Source of the DNA: Lentisphaeria bacterium
Lineage (GTDB): Bacteria > Verrucomicrobiota > Lentisphaeria > Oligosphaerales > MVZH01
Length of the DNA: 64,000 nucleotides
Direction: 5' to 3'
NCBI GenBank assembly: GCA_032251435.1
Contig: JAVVEH010000005.1
Location: 63,380-127,379, forward strand
Shown: one piece after another, positions 16,959-25,413 of the stretch
How positions within the stretch are numbered: the first letter of the stretch is position 1
How the letters are laid out: each line of letters starts with the position of its first letter
Program-made: the position numbers and the translations under genes
The notes under the pieces: model-generated
Told to the model about the DNA's origin: nothing
What the model saw: only the letters and a program-made list of their open reading frames with translations
The model's database searches: none

Positions 16959-17945
16959 TCACCCATCCACCAAGTCCAGCGCCATGTCAATAATTTTTTC
17001 AACGGACGGCAACGCGGCGGCTTCCAAAAGAGGACTGGCGGAAATGGGGATATCCGGCAATGTCAGCCGATGAACGGGAGCCGCCAGGCAGTCATACGCG
17101 CGTTCAAACACACGGCAGGCGATCTCCGCGGCCACCCCCCCCGTTCGGACGGCCTCCTCAACAATCATCAACCGGCCCGTTTTTTTCACCGACGCGACCA
17201 CCGCTTCCATGTCCATGGGAACCAAGGTGCGCAGATCAAGCGCGTCGGCGTACACGCCGAGTTTTTCCAGTTCCAGGGCGGCGCCATCCACCAACGCCGC
17301 CATCCACGACCAGGCCACGATGGTGATGTCCTCACCGTCGCACATCTTTCTCGCTTGTCCGAACGGCACGGTTAAATCGGGATTTTCAGGAACCTCGTCC
17401 CGCGTCGGATAAAGCATTTTGTGCTCCATGAAAAACACCGGATCGGGGTCTCGGATGGCGCTTTTCAGCAGGCCTTTCGCATCAGCCGGCGTGCTCGGAC
17501 AGACGATCTTGATTCCCGGACTATGCAAGAGCCAGGCCTCCAGATTTTGCGAGTGCGTCGGGCCATAGCAACGGCCGGCGCCGCCCGGGGCGCGGATAAC
17601 CAGCGGGCAACCGGCCTGCTCACCGAAGACATAACGCAACTTGCCGGCCATGTTTAACAATTGATCAGCGACCAAGGGCAAAAAATCCATGAACATCAAT
17701 TCCACCACCGGACGGGTCCCCGTCATGGCGGCTCCGATGGCCAGCCCCGTGAATCCGGGTTCTGAAATAGGCGTGTTGACAACCCGTTCCCGGCCAAACT
17801 GATCCAACAACCCGCGGGTGACTCCGAAGGCGCCCCCGTATTCAGCGATATCCTCGCCCATGAGAAACACCGTCTCATCCCGAGCCATTTCCTCCGCCAG
17901 GGCTTCTCTCAGCGCGTCCGTGTAGCTAATCACCCGCTCACTCAT
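16959..17945 (-). CDS. 2-oxoacid (pyruvate/acetoin-type) dehydrogenase E1 component, beta subunit
   Basis: 328 aa. ALREALAEEMARDETVFLMGEDIAEYGGAFGVTRGL..RVVNTPISEPGFTGLAIGAAMTG is the transketolase-like Pyr domain of E1 beta. Overlaps the alpha gene by 4 nt. Confidence 0.9.
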   Translation of the reverse strand: MSERVISYTDALREALAEEMARDETVFLMGEDIAEYGGAFGVTRGLLDQFGRERVVNTPISEPGFTGLAIGAAMTGTRPVVELMFMDFLPLVADQLLNMAGKLRYVFGEQAGCPLVIRAPGGAGRCYGPTHSQNLEAWLLHSPGIKIVCPSTPADAKGLLKSAIRDPDPVFFMEHKMLYPTRDEVPENPDLTVPFGQARKMCDGEDITIVAWSWMAALVDGAALELEKLGVYADALDLRTLVPMDMEAVVASVKKTGRLMIVEEAVRTGGVAAEIACRVFERAYDCLAAPVHRLTLPDIPISASPLLEAAALPSVEKIIDMALDLVDG

Positions 17946-18889
17946 GCGAACACCCCCCGCTCTAAATCCGCCACATCAGGGTAAGGACTGTTTTTGGCGA
18001 AGGCGACAGCCTGAGCCACTTGCTCTTCGACATCCCTGACCAGATCCGCGTCCGCTGGCTCATCAAGCAGTCCCCGGGCGGTCAGGACCGCTTTGTATCT
18101 GACAATGGGACAGACCTTCCGGGCCGCCGCCTCCTCGCCGCGGCTCCGATACCGCCGCGGATCACCCCGGGAATGGCCGCTCAGCCGATACGTTTTACAT
18201 TCCAGCAAGGTGGGTCCCCGCCCCGACAGCGCTCGTTCCCGCGCCAACCCGACGGCCGCCGTGACCGCTTCAACATCATTGCCGTCGACGACTTCGCCCG
18301 GAAATCCATAGCCCGCGGCGCGGACAGCCAGGTCGGGCACGCCCGCCGCCGCGGCGACAGGCGTGGACATGGCGTACTGATTATTCTCACAAACAAACAC
18401 GACCGGCAGACACCAGACCGCCGCTAAATTCATAGCCTCATGGCATGTCCCCTGATTAGCCGCGCCATCACCGAAAAAACAGACCGCGACACGGTCGCGT
18501 TTTAGATATTTGGCGCTGAAAGCGGCCCCGACGGCGGTGGGGATATTGCCACCGGTGATGCCGTTGCCACCCAAAAACCCAATGCCGTAATCAGCCATTA
18601 ACTGGCTGCCTCCGCGACCGCCGGAATAACCGGTGGCTTTGCCGAAGAATTCCGCCATCATCCGGCCCGGATCCCCTCCCCTGGCCAGAAAATGACCATG
18701 CCCACGATGATTGCTGGTGATCATGTCGCCGGGTCCCAATGCGGCGCAGACACCGACCGGCACCGCTTCCTGCCCGGTGGATGGGTGGGTGGTCCCCTTC
18801 ACATCCCCCTGGGAAAACAGACGCTCGATCGTCTCTTCAAAACGTCGAATTAAGACCATCATTCGATAGTTTTCAAGCTCGTTCTTCAC
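17942..18889 (-). CDS. 2-oxoacid dehydrogenase E1 component, alpha subunit (TPP-binding)
   Basis: 315 aa. YRMMVLIRRFEE.., NHRGHGHFLARG, and the TPP motif FFGDGAANQG..VVFVCENNQYAMSTP. Confidence 0.9.
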   Translation of the reverse strand: MKNELENYRMMVLIRRFEETIERLFSQGDVKGTTHPSTGQEAVPVGVCAALGPGDMITSNHRGHGHFLARGGDPGRMMAEFFGKATGYSGGRGGSQLMADYGIGFLGGNGITGGNIPTAVGAAFSAKYLKRDRVAVCFFGDGAANQGTCHEAMNLAAVWCLPVVFVCENNQYAMSTPVAAAAGVPDLAVRAAGYGFPGEVVDGNDVEAVTAAVGLARERALSGRGPTLLECKTYRLSGHSRGDPRRYRSRGEEAAARKVCPIVRYKAVLTARGLLDEPADADLVRDVEEQVAQAVAFAKNSPYPDVADLERGVFA

Positions 18890-19151
18890 CGGAATATCCT
18901 TGTGTTGTCACAGAGTAGTTTAACCCTTACACCAGTTAAAACAACGCTCTGCTCTTTGACTTGACACACATCACAAAAGTCTTAAACGTGACACAGTCGC
19001 CATTTCCTTCCCTTGAAAAACACGTGACATCGGAGGTGAATCCGACAAAAGATCCACCCTGATACTTTCGGGACTGTAAAAACTGAAAAATCATCCGACA
19101 AGTCCAAAGGGGACTGTTGCCTTAAATAAATAGGTGTCTATATTGTGCTTC

Positions 19152-19184
19152 GTTTGTGTTTTGTTTGTGTTTTGTTTCCGTTTT
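19152..19184. repeat. Three tandem 11-nt units (GTTTGTGTTTT x2, GTTTCCGTTTT), i.e. helically phased T-tracts
   Basis: Read directly: gtttgtgtttt gtttgtgtttt gtttccgtttt, about 150-180 nt upstream of the GH130 start in the divergent E1/GH130 intergenic region. Confidence 0.9.
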
Positions 19185-19329
19185 GGTCATCGAAAACCGG
19201 AACCGCGGCCTCGTTTGGTCGATTTTAGTCACAATGCCGGCACCGCCATACCGTCGACAGCGGGAAAATCCCGTCACCCTGGGCGGAGTGTCAGGCAAAG
19301 CAACTTTCGCAGGTGAAATCTCGAGGTTT

Positions 19330-20343
19330 ATGAAACAGTTTACGACCCCCGCTTGTATCAAACGCCACCCCGCCAATCCGATTTTAAGCGCCGCGGACAT
19401 TCCTTACGAAGCCACGTTGACATTCAATGCCGGTGTCACCAAGTTCAACGGCGAATACGTGATGGTATTCCGGAACGATTACGGCTCGCCCGAATCCGTG
19501 TGGCGGGCCTGGTCAACAGGAGAATCCGATGAACGGCCGGGATTTGAGACAACCATGGGGCTGGCCTTCAGCAGTGACGGGGTGACCTGGCAGGTGCGGC
19601 CAGACCCCTGTTTCGCTATGAAAGACCAGAGTTTGAAAATCAGGCGGGCCTACGATCCCCGTTTGACCGTTATTGACGGGCGCTGCCACATGTGCTTCGC
19701 GGTCGACACGTTTTACGGCGTGCGGGGAGGCATCGCCGTCACTGACGATTTTGAGACCTGGGAGGTGCTGAGCATGACTGTGCCCGACAACCGGAACATG
19801 GTCCTGCTTCCAGAAAAAATAAACGGCAAGTATGTCCGTTTTGAACGCCCCTTCCCGGTGTACGGCCGCGGCGGGGGAGAAGCCTTTGACTTCTGGATGT
19901 CCGATTCCCCCGACCTGAAATACTGGGGAAACTCAAAGCTGGTCCTGGGAGCGGAAAGGGTGCCTTTCTCCAACGCCAAAATCGGACCCGGCGCCCCCCC
20001 TGTGAAAACCCCAAAAGGCTGGCTGACAACCTTCCACGCCACATACAAAGACAACGCGCTGCTCCTCGACACGTGGGAAAAGGAATGGCACAAGGCCTAT
20101 CACGCGGGCATCATGTTGCTGGATTTGGCGGACCCCTCAAAAATCATCGGCATCTGTGACAACCCCATTCTGCCGCCGGAGGAGACGTATGAGCTCAACG
20201 GCTTCCGCGGAAGCGTCATTTTCCCTGGCGGCATGATTTTAGAAGACAGCGGGGAAGTGAAGATTTACTACGGAGGAGCGGACACCGTTGAGTGCCTGGC
20301 GACGGCCGATGTCAACGATCTTATCGCTCTGTGCCTGGATTAA
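19330..20343 (+). CDS. GH130 family glycoside phosphorylase/hydrolase (beta-mannoside phosphorylase-like)
   Basis: HPANPILSAADIPYEATLTFNAGVTKFNGEYVMVFRND.., YDPRLTVIDGRCHMCF, VKIYYGGADTVECLATADVNDLI are typical GH130. Start set at MKQFTTP (19330). The 58 codons upstream in the track ORF cover the T-tract repeat. Confidence 0.85.
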   Translation: MKQFTTPACIKRHPANPILSAADIPYEATLTFNAGVTKFNGEYVMVFRNDYGSPESVWRAWSTGESDERPGFETTMGLAFSSDGVTWQVRPDPCFAMKDQSLKIRRAYDPRLTVIDGRCHMCFAVDTFYGVRGGIAVTDDFETWEVLSMTVPDNRNMVLLPEKINGKYVRFERPFPVYGRGGGEAFDFWMSDSPDLKYWGNSKLVLGAERVPFSNAKIGPGAPPVKTPKGWLTTFHATYKDNALLLDTWEKEWHKAYHAGIMLLDLADPSKIIGICDNPILPPEETYELNGFRGSVIFPGGMILEDSGEVKIYYGGADTVECLATADVNDLIALCLD

Positions 20344-20348
20344 CGCTT

Positions 20349-22274
20349 ATGGTTGAAATCATTGATATGTCACCGACACCCGGCATCCCCCCCTTGGAGG
20401 GGAAAGGTGTCCTGCAGGGTTTCCCGGAGTACCACACAATCGTCCGGGGAAAAGCCACGCACGCCGAGCTGACAATGTTTTTTATCCGCCGCAAAAACGA
20501 GGAACTGGCGGCGGCGGGAAAACCGGAGCTTAGCGAGGAGGAGAAAAGACGGTTGATGTATCACAGCGTCCGCATGTTTGTCGATGACGGCGAAGTGCGG
20601 ATTGTGGTGGAGGATTTATCCGAGGCGCTGGCGATTGACCGGCAGTTGCAGACGGTGTTGCCCGCTGACCGGATCACCTTTCTTGATGAGGCCCGCCAAC
20701 TGCTGAGAGCCGGCTTGTGCTGGCGGTGCACCGCTCCGGTGAAGACGTTCGCCGATAAAGTCATGGCCATTAAACACACGAAACGGCCATTGAGCAGCGG
20801 CCTGATTGTTTTTCACTCCCCCTTCAAAGGCACCCGCTATATCACCTGCGATGAGGTGGGCGCGATAAAAAAAACAATCAATGACCGGCGAGTGTTCCTC
20901 GAGCGGATTTCAGAACTCTATACCCTTCTGCACACCCGGAACCGCAAAGGACTGCCGGAGTTGTACTTCTTTATGGGAAAACCTCGATACAAGCTGTCCT
21001 CATTGATGGCCTTGGCCGGCGATTTCGATAGGACCGTCGCGGACTGGGCCCCAGGTGAGAAAGAAAAAGCCGCGCGCCTGTTTGATGATTTCCACACCGC
21101 GTTGTGTGACAGCGTCAAGCCGCTTTATCATGGCGAAAGCTATGAGATCACCTCGTGGGTCAACCATATGTATGAGTTGCTTTCCACCAGCGTGTCCGGC
21201 CCGCCGACGTGGGAAAAGAGCATGTCGTCGGAATTCTGGCATTCGATTTCCTGGATGCCCGGCGCCCGCGTCGAGGATGAAAAATTAATTTTTGACGGCG
21301 ATGTTAATGAAATTGTCCACGGATTGATTAAGGCCTATTGGAAACGCTTCAAGGGCCTGCCGTTGGAGTATATCAACATCGGTGTCTTGAACAAAAGTCT
21401 GCGCACAGCCGTCCCGTTTGAGACGGAGATTGACCGCTGGGTGGGCGTTGTCATTTTGAAATATCAAGGTCAGGATCAGCAAATCTATCTGGTGCGCAAA
21501 GAAAAATGGGGCGTGCTCGGGCGGCTGATGCGGGGCGAGACCGATGACATCAGCCTGGCGCAGGAAAAGGCCAAAGAGTATACTGATTATATCGCGCTGC
21601 GGATGATCGGTCTGCGGATGTTGAACATTTCGGTGCCGGATTTTGAGCGGATCGATTGCTCCTTTCATCTGACGGCCCCCGGCCAACCGGAAATTATGGT
21701 CGAGGAATCATTCTGGCAACGCCCCTATATTGAAGGCGTGGCTTCCGATAAAATTTCCTTGAAGTCCTACGGCACGCCCGGATTCACCAGCCGTCTGGCC
21801 ACCATGATGGGGTATTTGGCGGGAAAAAATATCGCCATCGGGCGGGCGGACGGATTGGGAAACGTGCGCTTCGATGACGGCGATGAAATCGTTGTTTTGG
21901 ACAATACGGAACGGCCTGAAAAGGTGGTTGTGGCTGACTGTCCGGGATCGTTCTTCGCTTACAAGGAGCCACTGACCGTCCAGATCCCCGAATACCGGGA
22001 AGTGCTTGATCGAATGACCGCGAAAAGCCGGGAAGGGGGTATTCCCGAGGCGGAATTGGCGGAGATTGAAACCAATTTCCTGACCGGTTTCGAGCGGGGA
22101 TATCGTGAATTAAGAAATCACTACCTGGTCAACAAAGAAAGACTGGATTCCATGTTCACCCAAAACCGGGAACAGGACGGGCATTTTCACTGCCGGTGGC
22201 ACGCCATTTTGAAACGTCTTGAAGCCACGACTCCCGAAGCCCTGGTCGAGGCGTTAGCCAATTACACGCTCTGA
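20349..22274 (+). CDS. Hypothetical 641-aa protein with possible AceK-like (protein-kinase-like) C-terminal core
   Basis: Starts 5 nt after the GH130 stop (MVEIIDMSPT..). No family recognised outright. Weak resemblance to isocitrate dehydrogenase kinase/phosphatase: ..VLQGF.. near the N-terminus, QQIYLVRKEKWG, and MGYLAGKNIAIGRADGLGNVRFDDGDEIVVLD compared with AceK ..LAAANIFPGDMLFKNFGV..VVFYDYDE (recalled from memory). Confidence 0.6.
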   Translation: MVEIIDMSPTPGIPPLEGKGVLQGFPEYHTIVRGKATHAELTMFFIRRKNEELAAAGKPELSEEEKRRLMYHSVRMFVDDGEVRIVVEDLSEALAIDRQLQTVLPADRITFLDEARQLLRAGLCWRCTAPVKTFADKVMAIKHTKRPLSSGLIVFHSPFKGTRYITCDEVGAIKKTINDRRVFLERISELYTLLHTRNRKGLPELYFFMGKPRYKLSSLMALAGDFDRTVADWAPGEKEKAARLFDDFHTALCDSVKPLYHGESYEITSWVNHMYELLSTSVSGPPTWEKSMSSEFWHSISWMPGARVEDEKLIFDGDVNEIVHGLIKAYWKRFKGLPLEYINIGVLNKSLRTAVPFETEIDRWVGVVILKYQGQDQQIYLVRKEKWGVLGRLMRGETDDISLAQEKAKEYTDYIALRMIGLRMLNISVPDFERIDCSFHLTAPGQPEIMVEESFWQRPYIEGVASDKISLKSYGTPGFTSRLATMMGYLAGKNIAIGRADGLGNVRFDDGDEIVVLDNTERPEKVVVADCPGSFFAYKEPLTVQIPEYREVLDRMTAKSREGGIPEAELAEIETNFLTGFERGYRELRNHYLVNKERLDSMFTQNREQDGHFHCRWHAILKRLEATTPEALVEALANYTL

Positions 22275-23215
22275 TTTTCATCCACCGCCGGATCAACCTG
22301 TCCGGCGCAGACAAATGTCCGCCGGACGTGCTTTCCAGTCCCCTTGCCCGCCACCTCCTCCCAGAACACGACACGCATCCCCGCCTCGCGCAGCCATTGA
22401 CTGATCGCCACTTGGGAAAATCCCAGCCACACTGAGCCGAACATGTCCCGCGCCCGCTCATCCTCATGCGCGCAGCTGTCCACCATGATAAAGCGGCCGC
22501 CAGGCTTAAGACAGGCGGGAATGCGCTTGAGCAAATTAGCTGGCCGGGCCACTTGGTGTAACACAAAATGCATCAACAACGCGTCACAGGCGGGGAGGTC
22601 ACAGGGCAACTCCATCAAGTTGGTCTGATGAAAGGTGATGTTTTTCAAATTCGCTTCCCGACACCGCTTTTTCGCCCGGCGCAGCATCGCCGCGGATTGG
22701 TCAACCGCGTGCACCGCTTCGGCCATGGCTGACAAAACCGGCAGGAACGGTCCCGTTCCGGTCCCCAAGTCCCCGATCACCAGCCCCCGGGGAGTCATGT
22801 TGGCGATCGCCAGCAAACTGGCGGAGGAACTATGCAGAAGGCCGATGATTTCATCCCAGTGCTCGGCCTTCTCATCCATTAGCGTCTGACTGTCCAAAGC
22901 CCGGGCGGCCACCACGGCCTCCAACTGCTGAAGATCAGGATGGTCTTGGGCGGCCACTTCGTGAAGAACAGCCTCGATGCTTGTCAAGGTCTCAGGATGG
23001 TCGACTAAAGAATAAAAACTCCGAGGGCCATCCCGGCGGTCAGTCACCAAACCAACTCCCTTTAAAGCCGACAAATGGCGACTGACACTCGGCTGGGGAA
23101 CAGATAAAATCCGCCCGATCTCATACACGTTCAACTCTTCTCTGGAGAGCAGACGCACAATCCGCAGGCGGGTGTCATCCGCCAGAGCCTTAAATAATTT
23201 CGCTGTGTCGTTCAT
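22262..23215 (-). CDS. ArsR-family HTH regulator fused to a class I SAM-dependent methyltransferase
   Basis: N-terminus LFKALADDTRLRIVRLLSREELNVYEIGRILSVPQPSVSRHLSALK (ArsR/SmtB wHTH). C-terminal half has VIGDLGTGTGPF (SAM motif I). Confidence 0.85.
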   Translation of the reverse strand: MNDTAKLFKALADDTRLRIVRLLSREELNVYEIGRILSVPQPSVSRHLSALKGVGLVTDRRDGPRSFYSLVDHPETLTSIEAVLHEVAAQDHPDLQQLEAVVAARALDSQTLMDEKAEHWDEIIGLLHSSSASLLAIANMTPRGLVIGDLGTGTGPFLPVLSAMAEAVHAVDQSAAMLRRAKKRCREANLKNITFHQTNLMELPCDLPACDALLMHFVLHQVARPANLLKRIPACLKPGGRFIMVDSCAHEDERARDMFGSVWLGFSQVAISQWLREAGMRVVFWEEVAGKGTGKHVRRTFVCAGQVDPAVDENQSV

Positions 23216-24102
23216 CGGAAAAATCCGGCGATTTCCCGAACGACGTCGTCACCGGCGTCCTCCAGGAGATAATGCCCGCAGGCGGGGAATCTTCTGACCT
23301 GAGCGGCGGGGAAAAACGCCAGCCACCGGTCAAGGAATTCAGGGGTGAAACAAAAGTCGCGCATGCCCCAGCACAGCGACAGCGGTTTCGTTTTCAAGCT
23401 TGGCAACCGGTTTTCAATCTCAAGGATGGTTGGCCACGTCGGATGCCGGGGGGTCAAGGGAATGTCCTGAACAAAGCGCAGCGTGGCTATACGGGTGGAA
23501 AAGGAATCATACGGTGCCAGATAGCCGGCTTTCACCTGTTTTTCCAAGCCGCCCGGCCGGGTCGTCGCCATGGTCACGGCCGCGCCGGCGAACGCGTTGA
23601 ACCCGCGCACGGCCAAGCTGCCGAACAACGGCAGTTTGCACGCCCGGATCCGCCAGGGACAGTGATTGGATAGAAACGCGGCGGTGTTCATGGCCGCCAT
23701 GCGGCGGATTTTTTCGGGGTGTCTGACGGCGTAGCCAAAACCGATCGCCCCGCCCCAGTCATGCGCGATGATATCCATCTCACTCAATTCCAGGCTTTCT
23801 AAGAGCGCTTCGGCGTTGGCGATGTGGTTTTGGAGACGATAGGGATATTTCCGCGGCTTGTCCGACAACCCGCAGCCCAGGTTATCAATCGCGATCGCCC
23901 GGCCGCCGTCAGCGACAACCCGCTTAATCATGTCACGGTACATGAAAGACCAGGTGGGGTTGCCGTGGAACATGACCACCGGGCGCCCCTCTCCCTCGTC
24001 CACATAATGAATATCACCCCCGTCCACTCGGAAGTAATGTGATTGGAAAGGATACAGGCTCCGCCAATCCGCGGTATTCTTGACAGCATGCGATAATGAC
24101 AA
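23212..24102 (-). CDS. Alpha/beta hydrolase, haloalkane-dehalogenase-like
   Basis: 296 aa, TTG start. HGNPTWSFMYRDMI and the nucleophile elbow IIAHDWGGAIGF. Overlaps the ArsR-MTase gene by 4 nt. Confidence 0.8.
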   Translation of the reverse strand: MSLSHAVKNTADWRSLYPFQSHYFRVDGGDIHYVDEGEGRPVVMFHGNPTWSFMYRDMIKRVVADGGRAIAIDNLGCGLSDKPRKYPYRLQNHIANAEALLESLELSEMDIIAHDWGGAIGFGYAVRHPEKIRRMAAMNTAAFLSNHCPWRIRACKLPLFGSLAVRGFNAFAGAAVTMATTRPGGLEKQVKAGYLAPYDSFSTRIATLRFVQDIPLTPRHPTWPTILEIENRLPSLKTKPLSLCWGMRDFCFTPEFLDRWLAFFPAAQVRRFPACGHYLLEDAGDDVVREIAGFFR

Positions 24103-24403
24103 CAGTGGTGACCTCGTGATAAAATATCATGGGAGCGGACTCCCGGTATTCAACGCGGCGGCGGGCGGATGCCCCCCGGTGTCCCGTCGCCCGGTGACGA
24201 GTCAGCGCACGGTGGAACGCGCGTCTGGGCGCCGGGCGGGTTTCATCAAAGACGGAATGGATAACCCGCACGGCGTTAATATACCCGCGAAAACACGTAA
24301 TACGATGCTTTTCATGATCTGCTGGAACTGACGCGCGCCCGACGGGGATCACCCGCCTGGCGCTGGTCGGCGGGCAGCCTTATATTACCGGGTTGTTTTA
24401 TTC

Positions 24404-24442
24404 GCGGCGGTCGATGTGCCCGCCTGACCAAAACAGAAAGAG
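24404..24442 (+). promoter_or_regulatory. Candidate preQ1-I riboswitch in the yhhQ leader
   Basis: P1 is GGCGG (24406-24410) / CCGCC (24420-24424) with a 9-nt loop UCGAUGUGC, then the tail UGACCAAAACAGAAAGAG running into the SD and the ATG at 24448. Compare my memory of the Thermoanaerobacter aptamer CUGGG-UCGCAGUAA-CCCAG-UUAACAAAACAAGG: same stem and loop sizes, same UC start and C end of the loop, identical CAAAACA. YhhQ/COG1738 genes are a known preQ1-riboswitch target. Confidence 0.45.
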
Positions 24443-24447
24443 AAAAA

Positions 24448-25140
24448 ATGAACACTTCCCTGTGGTTTCTGATGCTGGCGGTCAATTTCACCGCCATCCT
24501 TCTGCTCTACCGCTTCGCGGGGAAAACCGGTCTCTACGTCTGGATTCCTATTTCCACAATCGTCGCCAATATTCAAGTTCTGAAAACGGTTGAATTATTC
24601 GGTGTCACGGCCACACTGGGGAATATTGTTTATGCGTCGTCCTTTTTAGTGACTGATATTCTATCGGAAAATTACGGAAAAAAAGAAGCCGCCCGGGCGG
24701 TGGCCATCGGCTTTTTTTCGCTGATCGCCATGGCGGCGCTGATGAATCTAGCGCTTTGGTTTGAGCCCGCTGAAAGTGATTTCGCCCAAGACAGCCTGAA
24801 AACAATTTTCGGGATCATGCCGCGGATCGCCGCCGCGTCACTCACCGCCTATGTCCTCAGTCAGACGCACGATGTCTATGCGTTCCACTTCTGGAAGAAG
24901 CAAAAGCCAGGAATCCGCTATTTGTGGGTGCGGAATAACGCCAGCACCATGGTCAGCCAGCTCATTGACACCACGGTCTTTTGTGTTATCGCGTTCACCG
25001 GTGTGTTCCCCTGGCCGGTTTTCTGGCAGATATTTTGGACCACCTACATGTTGAAATGGCTGGTGGCGGCCGCTGACACACCGTTTGTCTACTGGGCCAA
25101 AGTCATGTTCTCGCGAAAGGCCGTCCGGGAAGATATTTAA
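24448..25140 (+). CDS. yhhQ: Queuosine-precursor transporter (YhhQ/DUF165 family)
   Basis: 230 aa, polytopic. GNIVYASSFLVTDILSENYGKKEA and NNASTMVSQLIDTTVF are hallmark YhhQ segments. Confidence 0.85.
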   Translation: MNTSLWFLMLAVNFTAILLLYRFAGKTGLYVWIPISTIVANIQVLKTVELFGVTATLGNIVYASSFLVTDILSENYGKKEAARAVAIGFFSLIAMAALMNLALWFEPAESDFAQDSLKTIFGIMPRIAAASLTAYVLSQTHDVYAFHFWKKQKPGIRYLWVRNNASTMVSQLIDTTVFCVIAFTGVFPWPVFWQIFWTTYMLKWLVAAADTPFVYWAKVMFSRKAVREDI

Positions 25141-25172
25141 ACCCAGGCTTCCAGCTCAAGCCAGCCGGATGG

Positions 25173-25406
25173 CTATTTCTTACGCTTTATTTGACACAGT
25201 TTTCCGCACCGGGGGCAGCGGGCGTCCCGACTTCTCCGCCGGACAATGAACGCCCGGTGGCATTCTTCGCATTGCAACAGCGCCTCTTCCGAAAGCCTCC
25301 ACGGGTGTCGCCATTCAGTGAACCAATGAAGAAAAAAGAAAAAAACGCCCGCTGCCATCAGCGCGCATAGATAGGCCAAAAGGACATTCACCACTTCAAA
25401 GGTCAT
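25173..25406 (-). CDS. Small membrane protein with C-terminal zinc-ribbon (CxxC..CxxC)
   Basis: 77 aa from MTFEVVNVLLAYLCALMAAGVFFFFL (TM) to CEECHRAFIVRRRSRDARCPRCGKLC. Starts 8 nt after the TonB-like gene stop. The longer track start would overlap that gene. Confidence 0.45.
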   Translation of the reverse strand: MTFEVVNVLLAYLCALMAAGVFFFFLHWFTEWRHPWRLSEEALLQCEECHRAFIVRRRSRDARCPRCGKLCQIKRKK

Positions 25407-25413
25407 GTCAGTG

